DNA from: Cirrosporium novae-zelandiae
Lineage: Eukaryota
Assembly (NCBI GenBank): GCA_026023565.1
Contig: JAPETS010000001.1
Span: forward strand, 1,178,001-1,242,000
Direction: 5' to 3'
Length of the DNA stretch: 64,000 nt
The notes under the pieces are model-generated. The model searched no databases, had not been told where the DNA came from, and worked only from the letters and a program-made list of their open reading frames with translations. Position 1 is the stretch's first letter. The number at the start of each line of letters is the position of its first letter. Made by a program: the position numbers and the translations under genes. This document shows positions 1-13,491 of this stretch, one piece after another.

Positions 1-1421
1 CAACTCCCCTCTTCGAGCATGCTCCCGCAACATTAAAATTATTTAATCAAAAAATTGAAACGGGAAGAGAGCTTGTTGTACGACGTAACGATGTAATGAT
101 GTACAAATTATCAAGTCTTTGTTTTTGTTTTTTGTAGTATTGAGGTTTTTTGGAAGTTGGGATTGGGATTGGGGCTTGGGGATTTTTTTCATATATGGGG
201 ATGGGGGTGACGGGTTTTGGGCGTTTGTTTTGAAGTTTGGGTGGGGGGAAAGGAGGAAGGGAGGGCGGGTATATATATATATATATTGGTGTGTTGTTGT
301 ATTATATATAATAATAATTATCCCAAGTCAAGTCAAGCTATTGCTATCAAAGGAAGGGCGGTCATGCATAATGTAAGTGTAAGGTGTAAGGTGAACTGCA
401 AAAAAAAAGAAAAAAAGAGCAGACGAAAAAAATATGAAAAGGAACATAGTGAACGGTGAATAATAAAAAATGTACGGTTTGTGGAACGGAAGGTTTGAGG
501 CGAGGGAAGTACATGTACAGTACAATTAGTTGAGTGAGTGAGATTAAGATCGGATGGGTTTGAGCAACAGTAGCTATATGAAATATATCTTCGTCTATTA
601 ACTTCATCTCGTGAATTAGAGCAGCACAGCAACCGAGTGCGAGCTGGGGAGAGTGGTAGCCGAATTCATCTGATCTAAGATAAGGGGATAAAGGAACTCA
701 CACTTATGAAGAAGTATACTACCAATGGGATATTCCTCTTCCTACCTTGCATCTAGATAGCTTGAACATACACACATACAGCAACCATCAATGGAATCCA
801 GGGCGCTATCCTAAAAGGGCGATACCAAGCTCTCTCTCATAGGTATGTGCGTGATTCTGGCACTCTCAACCTCCCTTCCCCACCCCTTTGGCCTATTGTG
901 GTAAACCCTAACAGTCAACCCCATATTGTGACTGGCTCCCTAGCATTGCGTCTCAAGCCCTCAGTGCTCGCAACCTGCTGAAAGGAAATGTGATGTAGCA
1001 ACTGATGATTGAAATGTGGGCAAGGGAGAGGCTAAATAAGAATGGCGCACGGACCAGATCCTCGCCAATTTAGACTTTCTTTTATCACAAAGCTGCAAGC
1101 GAGCAAGTTTCGTTCACGTTCATCAGAAACTTTCCCTTGACTTCTTCACTCGGTCACCCATTCAATTAAAGATTTCTTTTTTATTCTAGCATATTACATA
1201 CACGTATTATAGTCAAATATTATATCGCTATAAGATTGTGACCACCCGAAATCCCCACCAAGACTCCAATACTATTCATTACCCTTGAAAAGATCATAGA
1301 TATAACAATGCAGATCGAGAAAACATTACATTTCTTCCCTTATTAGATCATTAATCATGGTAGTTCAGTCGGGTATTGCGATGACCCAGAAAGCTCAATC
1401 ACGTTTCGCAGAGGTGAACCA

Positions 1422-4051
1422 CTAAATACCTAGCCTAACGACGTGTTGCTGGTATATACCTCGAGGACGATGCTTTGCTGCGTCAAGCATGATGCAGCTT
1501 CCAATCATACCACTCAAAAGCACAAAAATATCTGCGACGTTAGTAGCTGGGTTGCATCTATGAACTGAGAGGGCCAGCTTCAGAATATTCCCTCCAAAGT
1601 CCAATGGGATGGGATTGTTGGCGAAGGATGCCTGAACAAAATCGAAAGGAGTGTCAAGATCCGAGGTAAAGTGATCAAAGGCATACTGCAGATATGGCTG
1701 CAATTTATTGCCATCCAGTAACATTCTCAATGACTTCTTTTGGCTCAAAGAGCTTTCAGCTGCAACCCTTATAGTTCTATAAAGTTTATCGATCTGATCA
1801 TCCATCAGATTTGGACGGCCGTTCTGCGGAACACAGACCACTTTAACATCGCTATAGTAACAAAATAAAAGCGATGCCAGTGAGTCGATTTTTTGTCCTT
1901 TAGATCTCCAAAAATCCGCATAAGGCTTTAACTTTGGATCTTGATCGATAGCCTTGTTGACAGATGTCATTAACATATCCGTAGCAGAGTCTACATCCCA
2001 CCACTCGCTACGAGAACAATTGTTCCATCCGTTCAGGGCAATAACTGCATGTGGTAGAACAGGCTGGTTTGACGATTTTTCCAAGGCTTCATCAGCCCAA
2101 CGGAGAAGCGTCTCGAAAACGCTTTCGATCACACTTGCAATGGCATTAGTATCTGATATATAGGTAGCTTTGAGGAGGACGCCAGAGTTATAGGTTTGGA
2201 AGTGCAAAGGCCCACGCCAACGGTTTCTCCGTCATGGTAGGAGATTTCAAGAGGTAAGTGATAGACTTACTTCGGATTCTTTAGTACGAATACAATGACA
2301 TCAGAGAATGTGAACAGCAGACGAGGATAAAGATTTCCAACAAAAAATTCTCTTGTTCGTTTTTCTGGGGTTATAGCCCAACTGATCTCTCGCTCCGCTG
2401 TTTGGTGAAGTTTTCGGATACGCTTCTGGAATGAATTTGACCTATGTGCTTCCGATCGATGCTTGCGTCGGCTTTTTGCCTCTAGAGGTTCTCGCTCACC
2501 GCCATCCAGACCTTCGCAATCAGCATAGAGAATTGGATATTGTGTGCTGTAGGTATGTGGATCCCCGTATAAGTGAACATCTCCGGATGTGGGAAGATCT
2601 TGACTAGAAATCGCTGATGCAACTACGGGAGAAGGAAAAGGATCGCTATCGCCATATTGAAGATCTATGAGGAGTTTGATCAAGGTACTTTTTCCTGAGC
2701 CCGTCTGGCCAACGAAAGACACTAGTCCCGGAAAGCACCTTTGGCTGTTCCCCAAAGAGTTTCCAGCGATAAGTGCAGCATATTTCCCGTAATCCTGGAA
2801 GACCGGATCATTGAAGTCGTCTCGGACAACACCAAACCAAGTTGCATCTTCGTCGTCCTTGTGAAGCCGAGCTTGCTCGTCAGTTTTTCGCTTCGGCTCG
2901 AGGATATTCCGTACTTTCTCCGCGACTTCAACATCGGTTCGTTCGTGGGGAATATTCCCGGTATTATTCTGATGAAAAATGAAGGAGCTCCAGCAATTGA
3001 TGCATAGGTTCACAGCACATACGTTGCAGAAATACCTTTGCATACCTATGCGCAAACATTGATTACACTGTCGTTCTATCTGAACTCTCTGATCTCGGCC
3101 CTTTTTATACTCTACAGGGGGGGTTATAAGAGGGCTTGGAGGAGGTAGAGGGTTCCAATATAGGAGTTGTCTCTACCTTGATAGCGGATCATTCGCTTGT
3201 GTAGCTTTCTCTCCCTGTTCATGACTTGACCGCTGCAAGCCCTCACGACACGATGCTGGTAACTGATCTCCACTCATACCGAGAGGGCTCGTGTTAGATC
3301 CAAGATTCGAAGATCCAGATGGACCGGTAAATGGTATGAATGTAGCTTGTTCCGAATCTGCTGAAGTTGAGCTGGTATTGTAGTTGACATTGGTATTTAC
3401 AGCGATTCGGGGTCTCAAGGAACTTTTGGTTTCGTTGGCTTTTGCCTATTGATTTATTAACACCACATTCAAAAACGCATAAATAAATGTTGGAAATAAG
3501 GCCCTTCAATCTTGAAGGTTACTCGCGACTGTATATTCAGAGATCGTGAATACACCATTACTGGTCCTGGCTCGTATCTGATCTCACCTAGTTTTTTTTT
3601 TTTGAAATTGCGAGAGGTGGCGAATATATTGTTTCTTACATTCTCATGATTATCAACATTGTAATTGTCCTGACATTGTGTGTTTTCAATTCGAAATTTT
3701 GACAGCGGAGTATTCTCGTTCTTCCCGTCTCCACACACCTTCTTGGATGAGCCGATTGTTGGTAATGATTTCGTATCCTCTGAAGATACATCTGTGGGAA
3801 AGGTGCTCGTGGATAGTGGATTGACACTAGTCGGCGCAATGTTATAATTTTGTTTCAAGCAAGCAATTGGCTAAAACGTACGACCTAGGGGTCTGAACGA
3901 GCTCATCGGCTGTATCACCCTGCCCATCTTCTGTTAATAGGCCACCCGAAGCTGTATCTCTTAGACTCGATATTCGCCGGACCAGTCCACTATCCAATTC
4001 GATCTTGACAGGAGTTTCAAACCCGAGCCAATCCAAGTTCGGCGACCCCAT
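1422..4051 (-). CDS. Multi-exon protein with a Cys/His zinc-finger-like motif and a GBP/atlastin-like P-loop NTPase domain; appears C-terminally truncated
   Basis: ORFs 2267-3055 and 1422-2207 join through an intron (GTAAGT ~2271, CTAAT branch, AAG acceptor ~2134) giving VLKNP-N-VIESVFETLL. Motifs: CNQC..FCNVCAVNLCINCW..H, Walker A GQTGSGKS, PTSGDVHL, ADCEG. Probable upstream low-complexity exons from ATG 4051 (GTACGT and GTAACC donors). An in-frame TAG at 3173-3175 must be spliced out or is a lesion, so the 5' structure is uncertain. Confidence 0.6.
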
Positions 4052-5276
4052 GAAGTCTTCTCAAGATGTTTGGTTGGTTGGTGAATTTTTTATGAATGCA
4101 GGTGTAAGTCAAAACGAATTAACTAAAACCATAGCGAAAAAGCGAATAATAATAATAATAATAATAAAAAGAATAAATGAGCAACCAATGAATAATTAAG
4201 TAGAAGGGAAAAAAATGCATAGCATGAAATATCCATCATAGAAAAGCTGAGATGCTCAACCAGCATAATCCTTCGTCAGAGGTGCTCGGAATGGGCTTCA
4301 CCTAAGCCCTTGTATAGTACAATCATTGAAAAAAAAGCCGAAGGCTGGAATAGAAAAACCATATTAAAGGGCACAAGTATGTATTTTCCTCCTCATTTCC
4401 ATCTCCATCTACAAAGAAGTGTTCATGGTTCTTTTTTGCTTCGCTTCGCTTCTTGGTTGTTCTATCTATCCGTCCGTCTATCTGGTCGAGTTTAGGGTTA
4501 ACACACACACATATGTGGGGGAATGGGGGAATTAAACCTCAACATCAAAGCAAAAAGCCAGGAGAAAGAAAGCAAGTGCACATTCAAACATGCGAATCAC
4601 CCTCGGCTAATTAACTGATGAATAGCCTGCCCTCTTAGTTGCATGAACAATCAGGAACACCAGGAACCCGTCCTACGTACTCGAGTACAGGTACGACGGG
4701 ATGAGGCTGAGCTGAAAAGGGCGGTACCGCATCCTCAGTGGTGTGCGTCAGCAAGCCCATTAATAATAATAATAATTAACAACTCTCGCTCTCGCTCTCG
4801 TCTGTCTGTGTGGTCTGAAATTATTTCTGTGACTTTGAGAATTTCAAGAAGTTAAATAACAAACAAACAACATTAGCTATGGATAGGAAAGTTAGATTTT
4901 GAATAATAGATAATTCAATAGATTTAGATGCAGTAGGCTGGTTGATTGGTTGGTTGGTACCTCAAACCAAATAGAGGGATGAAGGGCGTAAAAGGTCTAT
5001 ATGTACATGTACATATCAATTCACATGGATGGGGGGTTTCTTCTAATTTAGATAATTATAACAACTAATTTTCCAATATCGATAAAATTCAGTCGTCAGA
5101 TTCATTTGGGTATCATAGGTTCTCTCCGAATTATTATACAACCGTCAGTTTTAGGATATCACAAACACAAAGAAATTATCAAACACAAAGTCATGGCCAG
5201 TTCGTCATCTCTCTTAAGTCAGTGATCACCATATCTCGCCCCCCCCTGAGATTGACGGTTGTCCTTCTTGCGTCGT

Positions 5277-6524
5277 CTATGATCCTAACGAATTCCTACG
5301 TGTTGATGAGTTTCTTCGTTTTGAAGATATCGCATCCTCTTCCTCGAAGCTGGTAGCTAGGACTCCCCCTGAAGCCGCGCCCGTGGAAATTGTCTCGGAA
5401 TGTACCTCAACAGTCGTTTCCTGCTTCACCCCATGCATGCCCTCCATATCAATGACCAGATTTTCCTGGCTGCCTTGTTTAGACCCTCCTTTGTTGTATG
5501 TTGAACTCTTGCGGCCTCCTTCAATTGCCGTGACGGTGCCATGACCGCTTGCGATATCCCAGCGGAATTGAGCCAATCCACATGTTCTCGGAGGGTCAAT
5601 ACTCAAAAGAAGGCCACGACGAGTCAGTGAATAGATGGTGCAATTTAACCAGCCAGCCGAGGCGATCATAGCACCAACTACACAATATACATCGTAGTTT
5701 ATGTGCTTCCCCGTCATGCCTGCCATACGACTGGCAGCGAGAGGAAGCGTACATATGGTGTAGATGAGTGGATAAATAACCATGTATCGCATAGCACGGG
5801 ACGCATCTATGGCAAGGGTGGATGTAGAGGCCCAGTAGTTGGTGCGGATGCGTTGATGAAGCAAGAAGAATATGAGAGCGTAAATAGCCACGGTACCAAA
5901 CATGAAGACAAATATCCACAGATAATGGAGATAGAGTCGTTCATGGATGAATTGCGGGTTGATCCAGCACCAAGCGCCAGCCCGAGCCCAAATGTTAGTG
6001 GGATGCATAGCAACACCAATTATAGCGAGGCCGTAAGAAAATAACCAGATGCATGCTATACATACACAGAAGGTGGTAAATCCCAGCTCCAGGCCCAGGA
6101 TGACAGACCCCAGTGTATGAACAGCAATTGCAAAGATCCAGGCACTTGAAGCGACATCACCAATCTGAATGAACCAGCCTTGGGCCCAGCAGGCACACGA
6201 GCCTACTCGAATCGCATCTTCAGCCCGCCAAATCAGGGTAATGCCAAAGCCGATAGATTGTTGAAGGTCTGCTATTACAAGATTGTAAATAAGGAGGATG
6301 AACTGGTTCTGCTTGTGGCCATTCTTTCGCCAAACGTAGAAAATACGATAAGTGATGAAGCTGAAGAGGGATAATGTTGCAATGAAGGAAAGAATGGCGA
6401 AGAATGCTACCGCTATAAGGCCGTCGTGAAGAACTGGCGGAAGGGGGGAGAGAGTGAAGGGTAGCTGAGGATGAGGACCTGTCCCAAGTGCTGGTGGCGC
6501 GTCGGCTGGAACGGTAATTGACAT
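5277..6524 (-). CDS. 7-TM G-protein-coupled receptor, Git3/Gpr1-like (fungal GprC/D-type carbon-sensing class)
   Basis: Single-exon 415 aa ORF with seven hydrophobic segments; motifs LIYNLVIADLQQS, CWAQGWFIQIGD, AGAWCWI, MVIYPLIYTICTLPLA, GWLNCTIYSLTR. Confidence 0.85.
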   Translation of the reverse strand: MSITVPADAPPALGTGPHPQLPFTLSPLPPVLHDGLIAVAFFAILSFIATLSLFSFITYRIFYVWRKNGHKQNQFILLIYNLVIADLQQSIGFGITLIWRAEDAIRVGSCACWAQGWFIQIGDVASSAWIFAIAVHTLGSVILGLELGFTTFCVCIACIWLFSYGLAIIGVAMHPTNIWARAGAWCWINPQFIHERLYLHYLWIFVFMFGTVAIYALIFFLLHQRIRTNYWASTSTLAIDASRAMRYMVIYPLIYTICTLPLAASRMAGMTGKHINYDVYCVVGAMIASAGWLNCTIYSLTRRGLLLSIDPPRTCGLAQFRWDIASGHGTVTAIEGGRKSSTYNKGGSKQGSQENLVIDMEGMHGVKQETTVEVHSETISTGAASGGVLATSFEEEDAISSKRRNSSTRRNSLGS

Positions 6525-9500
6525 AGTGAGAGTAAAGGAAGAGGAGTAGAGACTGGACCTGTCAAGAATTCATGGGGAATATTAAGGTATGCAGAGTAAG
6601 AAGACATATGGGTTTTAGATATGCGGGGGATCCTTTCAGAGGATCTAAAATATGACAATAAGGGTAAAGGCAAAGAGTATATAGATCCAAGGATGATTAG
6701 CTGGTAGAAGCGGAGAAGGTGGTTTAGAAGGGAAAGAAGAAGCAAGTCTCGAATGCTAGTTGTTTCCAAAAACTGGATAATTCATGTACTCGAGTATTCT
6801 AGGGATTCTAGATAAGTTAGTTAGCTGACAACCAGGCCCTATGGATTTTTATTATGGCTATATTATTAATGATTGGTGAATTTAGCTGGGTGAAGGAAGG
6901 AAACTAATGCGGATAATTATCCCAATCCACTTACCAATGAGCAAGCAATAATTAATTAATAGTCTAATGAATGGGGTCACATCGATCTTGTGTGAAGAAT
7001 TAAACTTTTATCCAGGAACATGGGGGACTCCCAAGACCCCCAAGACTCCCACAACCCACCCACCCAATACACCCAACCCATACCCACTACACCATCCATC
7101 TATGTGCTAATCATTAATTTAGTCAACTTGGATGCAATTCCACCTTGGATTTAAAATTATCTGTCAAACATGATGATGAGAGATGTCAAGCCACAAAAAA
7201 CATATCATCCGAACAATTGCCGTCCACACACCTCTCTCTCTCGTGCCGAACGGTTTTATATGGCTTTTTATATGAGAAAGTCGGCTCCACCATCAAAACT
7301 TCCTCGGATGAATTTTCTCCCGCTATTCTCGGTTGGAATTTATAGTTCGACGTTTGGAAATTCATAACTAAAACAAAAAAGGTACAAATAGCCAACAAGA
7401 AGGAAAACCGAATGAAACGAGAACTCCCCTCATGAATCGACTCGACTCTCTTCCCGTAGAGGATGATACACCGAATAATAACTCTCTGAGCTTGAAGCGT
7501 TGCACTAGATGATCCTTCTCACGACCATGGAAAAAAAAAATGGTGAGAAGGAACAATATCTGGCCTGATATAATCCTTGGATTTCAGCTTCCCGTTGTCA
7601 TACCATATCATTTGCCACAGAGATAACTGCCTTGCTCTCCACCCCCCTTTTCAATGCATAGTAGAAGAAATCTCTGAAGTTGGCCTCAGCTTTTATCACT
7701 ATACTCCCTGCCCAGACGCCCTAAGTGCTTTTAACAGCACCAACACATTAACCATTTAACCAACTTTTTTTTCTTTTTTTTTTCTCTGGATACCTTTATA
7801 ATGCAGTGATGTTTAGGTTTGAATTAATATCACACAGTTGCCCTGGTCCGTGATGTAGAACTTATTCTCCATTTTAGTGTACTAAAGTGCAGACCCAGAT
7901 ACTCGAGTACACCACCACTGCCGACTAACGAGATCAAAGGAACCATCAACTACAATAAGGCTGAAAGTGAATCCTATCCCCGATTAAAACCGCCTGTGGC
8001 ACATTCAGTATCCAAGGGTCATTCCACCATACCATCTCCGCTCGACCCAACAAACCCAAGCCAAAAAGGAAAGAAAAAATAAAAAAAGGAAAATAAAATA
8101 AAATAAAATCATCTCACCCATTAGCTGCATCCCATTACCCTCCCGTACTGTATCGTGGCGTACCCGTCCCCAAGCAACCAAGCAACTAAGTGAGCAAGAT
8201 GATCTATAAGTTGTGAGCCGTGAATTATGGAAGCTAGGACCCCTCTACTCTTGACTTATTTTGACTTGCCCTGATATTTACCGGGGAACATGTGTAAACC
8301 AGTAACCAACTACATTACATGTAACATTATACATTCAATATGTCACAACTCCTTTTACTTCTTGCAATTCGGACTCCCTCCCTAACATTAAATAGGCATA
8401 GCAATGCAATACTACTAAAGGAGATATATAAAACTCCATCTACTCCATCTCCCTTCTCAATCTTATTCTCAATCTCAATCTCAATCTCGTACCAACCGAA
8501 CGGGTCATCGATTACTTAATTGATTCGATATCATCTAGATAGATACATAGATTATTTCCACCATCACCCACCGCCACCGCCACTACTACCACCACCACCG
8601 TGATCTCGATCTCGACTTCGATTTGAATATACTATAAATGCACTCGATGCTCAATCCACTACATCCCAATCCCAACAGCAGAAAAAGACAAAGACAAAGG
8701 AGAGGTATCATCACAACAGGGGACTAAGAAGTCCAGATAGGGGTACAAGAAAGCGAAAGTGAATACGAGTACTACTACTGCAGTTACAGCTCCTCATCCG
8801 CATCGTCAAATATCCATGAAAGGGGGGATGGGAATAGGATCCGGTATCAAAAGTTTCATTTTCCCTCTTCCTTTCCTTTCCTTAAGCTCCAGATTAGATA
8901 CCATCGCAAAAGCAAATTAAAAAAAAAAGGAAGGAAAGGTAAAAAGAATATTCCTATTTCATATACAAACAAGCCTATTTCTTATTTTCCACCATCGCTA
9001 TCCACCCTCGTACCTCTCCCTCTTCTTCAACGCTGAGAGGAATGCAACTGACTTTGTTTGCGATATAATTAATAGTTATAATTTTGTGGGGTTGGAGGTT
9101 GGTGGATGGATGATCTATTCATTTTATTTAGGGATGGGTGGGTGGGTTTGATGGGAGGAGGTGAAGAAGGTGAGGTGGGAGGGACTGCAAATCCCACCCC
9201 ACTTGGCCCTGGACCAGACAGAAGGCCAGCTACACAAACGCCCAAACAGTCAGTTGACTGGGCATTAAGAACCCGTCACTCTTAAAAAAAAGGATCCTCG
9301 GTTCGTGTGAGTCCCTAAGGGGTCCACACGCTCACGTCCTGATCCTAGTGTCCAAAGTTATATATATATACCCTACGCTGAGGCAATCTCCTTTCTCGAA
9401 ATCAAACGCAACGCAGTGCTATTACTTCCCATACTGGAGAATGTCGACTTCCATTGGCAAAGGGTGGCTGGTACGGTGGGAAACTGGTGAGTCATGTGGG

Positions 9501-10388
9501 TGCTTAGACTCATATAAAACTTATTGTTGTATTTGTACTGTATGTGTTTCGGTAGAGATCGATGACGGGAACTTCTAGAAGGTGGTGGAGAGAGTGGCGG
9601 AAGGAAGGAAGGAGTGTCTTGTCAAATACACTTCTTTCGCTAGCTAGCCCAAGTAAAGCTGGTATGCATATTGGAGCCATATGACAAAATATATCTATTC
9701 GTTTTATCTAGACCATGGGACTTCAATATGATGGCCTAAACGAACTATAGAGGGTGGTGGAATTGGATCGTGGGACGAATGCAAAGTGGATGAGGTTGTA
9801 TGAGGCTATCCTTGTGAAGGTCATGTGTGTGTGAGTATTGGAGAGGGACACAAGAGGGAATGGTTGAAAGAGATATGGATGATGGCTGCAGTGAGAGAAG
9901 GGGGGCCGGAAATGCGTGGTTTGGTCTATCCCGTCGAACTATCTGATAAAGCCAATTAGAGTCAATGGGTCCTTAGGAATGGATTCTCCATTTTTGATTG
10001 AGAAAAAGAAGGCCTAAAATACGCGACATGGGTTAGACGTGTCTCCTAGAACAACAAACATATTAGTAGAACAATGTCAACATTCTCGTAATTAGAATTA
10101 CGTATGTCTCAAAAAATATATATAATGCGCAGATAAGACTGTAGAGTGTCAAAGTAAATCATTAACATGAAAATTTCATTGCAAAAAAAAGAAGATACAG
10201 GATATCAATATACTGGAGTTCGAATCTACATCCCTTGCACATGAAAAGAGAGATGCATTATTCTTTTCCAAACCCAGTATGTCACGGAATAAAGGAGAGC
10301 TATAATCTCTCCAAATCCAATGAAAGTCCCCAATGAGCTTTTCCTAAAGTATTCCATTCCAATTCAACCGCAAATTTATCACCTAAAT

Positions 10389-11292
10389 TTAGTAATCGCG
10401 CCGGGGATAATCTTCTTTCCCTCTAGGGTAATCGTCTGTTCGGCCGGAAGTACTCCTACGGTCATCACCGTAATGCTAAGAATAGTCAATAAAATAATCC
10501 CAAAAAGGAGTTCGAAAATTAACTTACCTTCCGTCTCAATGCAGCAAGCCTCTTCTTCTTGGTGTGTGCATTAACATAGGTCCCAATAACAAATCCAACA
10601 ACATTGAAAAATGGGACCCATGTTGGTTCTGGGAGGAATTTTTGCGCAAATGCAAGCGCAATTGGAGAAGTGATCCAGCTCACTTTCATGACCGGCATAA
10701 AACCGGCCTTGATTGTCGCACGAACTTGGTGAATCGTGCGTGCTCCTGCAATTACGGCCATCGAGGCCAGATAGACAGTATTCTGAATCGGTGAAACAAC
10801 CAAATTACTAATGAGTATTTGGAGGATCTTCGCCTTAAGACTGGTTCGGCCAGAGAATAGTTTCTGAAGGACGTGGATCAGGAAATGGCCCAATGGTGCA
10901 CTGATAAAGGCTCCATATACTGCCATTTTCGGTACGCGTGAACCAAAGTAGTGGCCATGTTTACTACGATCATGTGCAATCCAAGAAGCAAGAACTTCTT
11001 GAAGGCCAGCGAGAACTCCCGAAGTGAGCATTTTCGTTCGGAGAGGGTTCGACTGAAGTTGTTGGAGATAGGCCTAGAGGATAACAGTTAAATCCTAAAA
11101 TCTTTTTTGTAAGGTTCAAGATCATCAACATACAGCCAGATATCCGGATTGAACCCTTCCACTAGTCAGCTGCCCCCCAAACGAATGGCTGACATGTGCG
11201 ATTTCATGTCTGACCGTATCGACTTGTTGAGGAATTGGAGGAGCTTGAATCTGAGACTGCTTGATAGTCTCTTTTTCGAATCTGACCGACAT
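10389..11292 (-). CDS. Mpv17/PMP22 (PXMP2) family peroxisomal membrane protein
   Basis: Three exons: 11292-11134 (MSVRFEKE..SGYLA), 11073-10528 (AYLQQLQSNPLRTKMLTSG..KKKRLAALRRK), then a last exon ending DYPRRDY-TAA at 10389. PLRTKMLTSG and YGAFISAPLGH are family signatures. Confidence 0.9.
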
Positions 11293-11496
11293 TTTGAATG
11301 CGAGAGTGGACCAAGTTGAAGAGGTGATTGATGTTCAGGAGGCGGAGTCGGTCGCAGTGTAGGTATCGACGCGAATTTCAACGGGATAGTTTTAATGATT
11401 ATGATAATGGAGATGAGAGTAGTATATCTATCCAACTCGAGAAATATTCGATGACGACTGTCGCGTTCCGACGTTGATGAGGGGTATCGAAATGCG

Positions 11497-11600
11497 CCGA
11501 GGTGAAGCAATTTAAAAGAAGCCCAGGTATAGTTGGATTTAGGATTTCAGGTACCAGCGACGGAAGGGTGTGAGGGCGGGATCGTTAGAAGAACCCGAGG
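11497..11600. promoter_or_regulatory. Two CCGAGG (=CCTCGG) FarA/FarB-type sites upstream of PXMP2
   Basis: CCGAGG at 11497-11502 and 11595-11600, about 200-300 bp upstream of the ATG at 11292. Confidence 0.55.
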
Positions 11601-11930
11601 AGACAATAGCTGTTCCTTGGGTTGGTGGATGGATAAATTAAATCATGGAGGGAAAGATGAAAATTGATGATGAAGAGATACAGAGCCTTGGGTGGCTGGA
11701 GTAAAAACAACGAGCTGTGACTGGTGATTGACTGGGGGTAAGAAGAGGCTTTTGGGGGGGGGAGATTGAGACAAAAGAGGACTTTGAGGTGAGGAGGAGT
11801 TGGTTAAGGTGTGTGGTTCTGGGTTGCTGTGCTGGACCTAGGTAGAGCTGGTTTGGCTGGTTTGGTTGGTTTGATTTGGCTGGGTAGCTGGGCAAGACGA
11901 CACGGAGGACAAGGATTATAGCCGGGACTG

Positions 11931-11972
11931 CAAATACACAACAAATACACAGCAAATACACAGCAAATACAT
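11931..11972. repeat. 11-bp tandem repeat (CAAATACACAG) x~3.8
   Basis: caaatacacaa caaatacacag caaatacacag caaatacat read directly. Confidence 0.85.
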
Positions 11973-13491
11973 CAAAAGCTGAGTCTAGAGTTACAGATGG
12001 GACAGAATTACTGTAACTAAACAATGTCTTGAACGACCACTGACCTTAGAAGGGAACTTTACTGCTACACACTCACCACTACTCACCACCCTACAAGCAA
12101 TCGCCCACTAGAGGTTACTAATTACGAAGGTCGGCACTATCGGCATCCACTAATCGCCAGGGTCGCCTTAAAAAACAAGGATTAGGGCCAAGGGCAGCCT
12201 TCCTATTTGTTTATTTATCGCCTAGCGCCATAGATTAAATGCGCAACAGTCAATGCCCTTACGAAATATGCCAAGTTGGTGTGGTTGGTTGCTTAGATCT
12301 ACACCGTACTCCATCTCTCCTCCACAATCATTTAAATTATGAATGCCCTTTAATGTCCTTTAATGCCCTCTAATGCTCTATTCACGCAAGAAATTCAACA
12401 ATCGCTTATCTTCGCTTTTCTCCAGTTTGGTCTGTTCTCGGTCTGCTCGGTCTGTTTTGAGGCGACGCTTGGATCGGAGAAACACACCCTCTGATACCTT
12501 ACCCATCTACAACGTCTGAGCCAACCAGCCCAGTCAACCCGTCAAACTATCGAGTTTACTATGAGTCTATGCATGGCGCAAAGGTGGATAACACCAACTC
12601 ACCAGTCCCAGAACCGACATCTCATCTATCAAAAGAAAAAGATATCTAGAAAGAATGAATGAATTAATGAAATCATGAAAGATCGAAAATATGGTCACAA
12701 ATCATTCATTTAGTCGTTCCTTATTTTATTGCAAACTTGCGGTATTGAAACAAAAATGCCTCCTGTAAATCCTTCACCTCGATACAGTCGGTCAGTCACT
12801 TGAATAACCACCTCAGCATGTCTATTGTATGACTGGCAAACAGGGGATTTTGTATGTAGCTTTCCACCTAAATTAATAATGAATGAATGAACAAAAATGT
12901 CATTTCCTTTCTTTTTCTCTCTTACACCTTGTCTTACATTATCTAAAAGGGAATAGCATCCATATCTCATCTCTCGACAAAAGTATCTCAAGAGAAGCTT
13001 CTTTAAATGTTGTAAAAAAAAATTGAACATTTGCAATTATTTCCTACAATTTTGGGTCTTGTATATTTTCAAATACAATCATCTTTCCATCTACAATCTA
13101 TCTTGAGGCTAGATTCCTCTTATGCTCACGTTGACTCCTATAGAGATAACAAATAGAGCTCTCTTATCGCTTTATCTTAGATTTAATATGTTCTATTAAC
13201 CTTTAATAGATTCGCCTATGCTCGGAGTATGTAGTAAAGGTAATGTAGATGGTATTAGATGATGTGGTGTTGATATATGAACCTCTTGCAACATACCTAG
13301 GTACCTAGGTAAATAATCGCAATGGCAACGACTACCGCAGCAGTAACTCCATTCACTTTTTCACCAAAGTTATGCATCTTCTAGCTTGTTCTAAAGAATA
13401 TCTCATCCTACAGATTCACTCAGTCTACCTCACTTTTTTTATTTCATTTATTGTCCTCTTGAGCTACAGATTCGCCCCTTCCTTAATCAAC

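Noticed and set aside
1..33. Possible minus-strand gene start (MLREHARRGEL) running off the left edge
   Set aside because: Only 11 codons are visible, with no recognisable motif.
119..632. Overlapping short ORFs at the window start
   Set aside because: Products of low-complexity AT/GT-rich sequence; no protein-like features.
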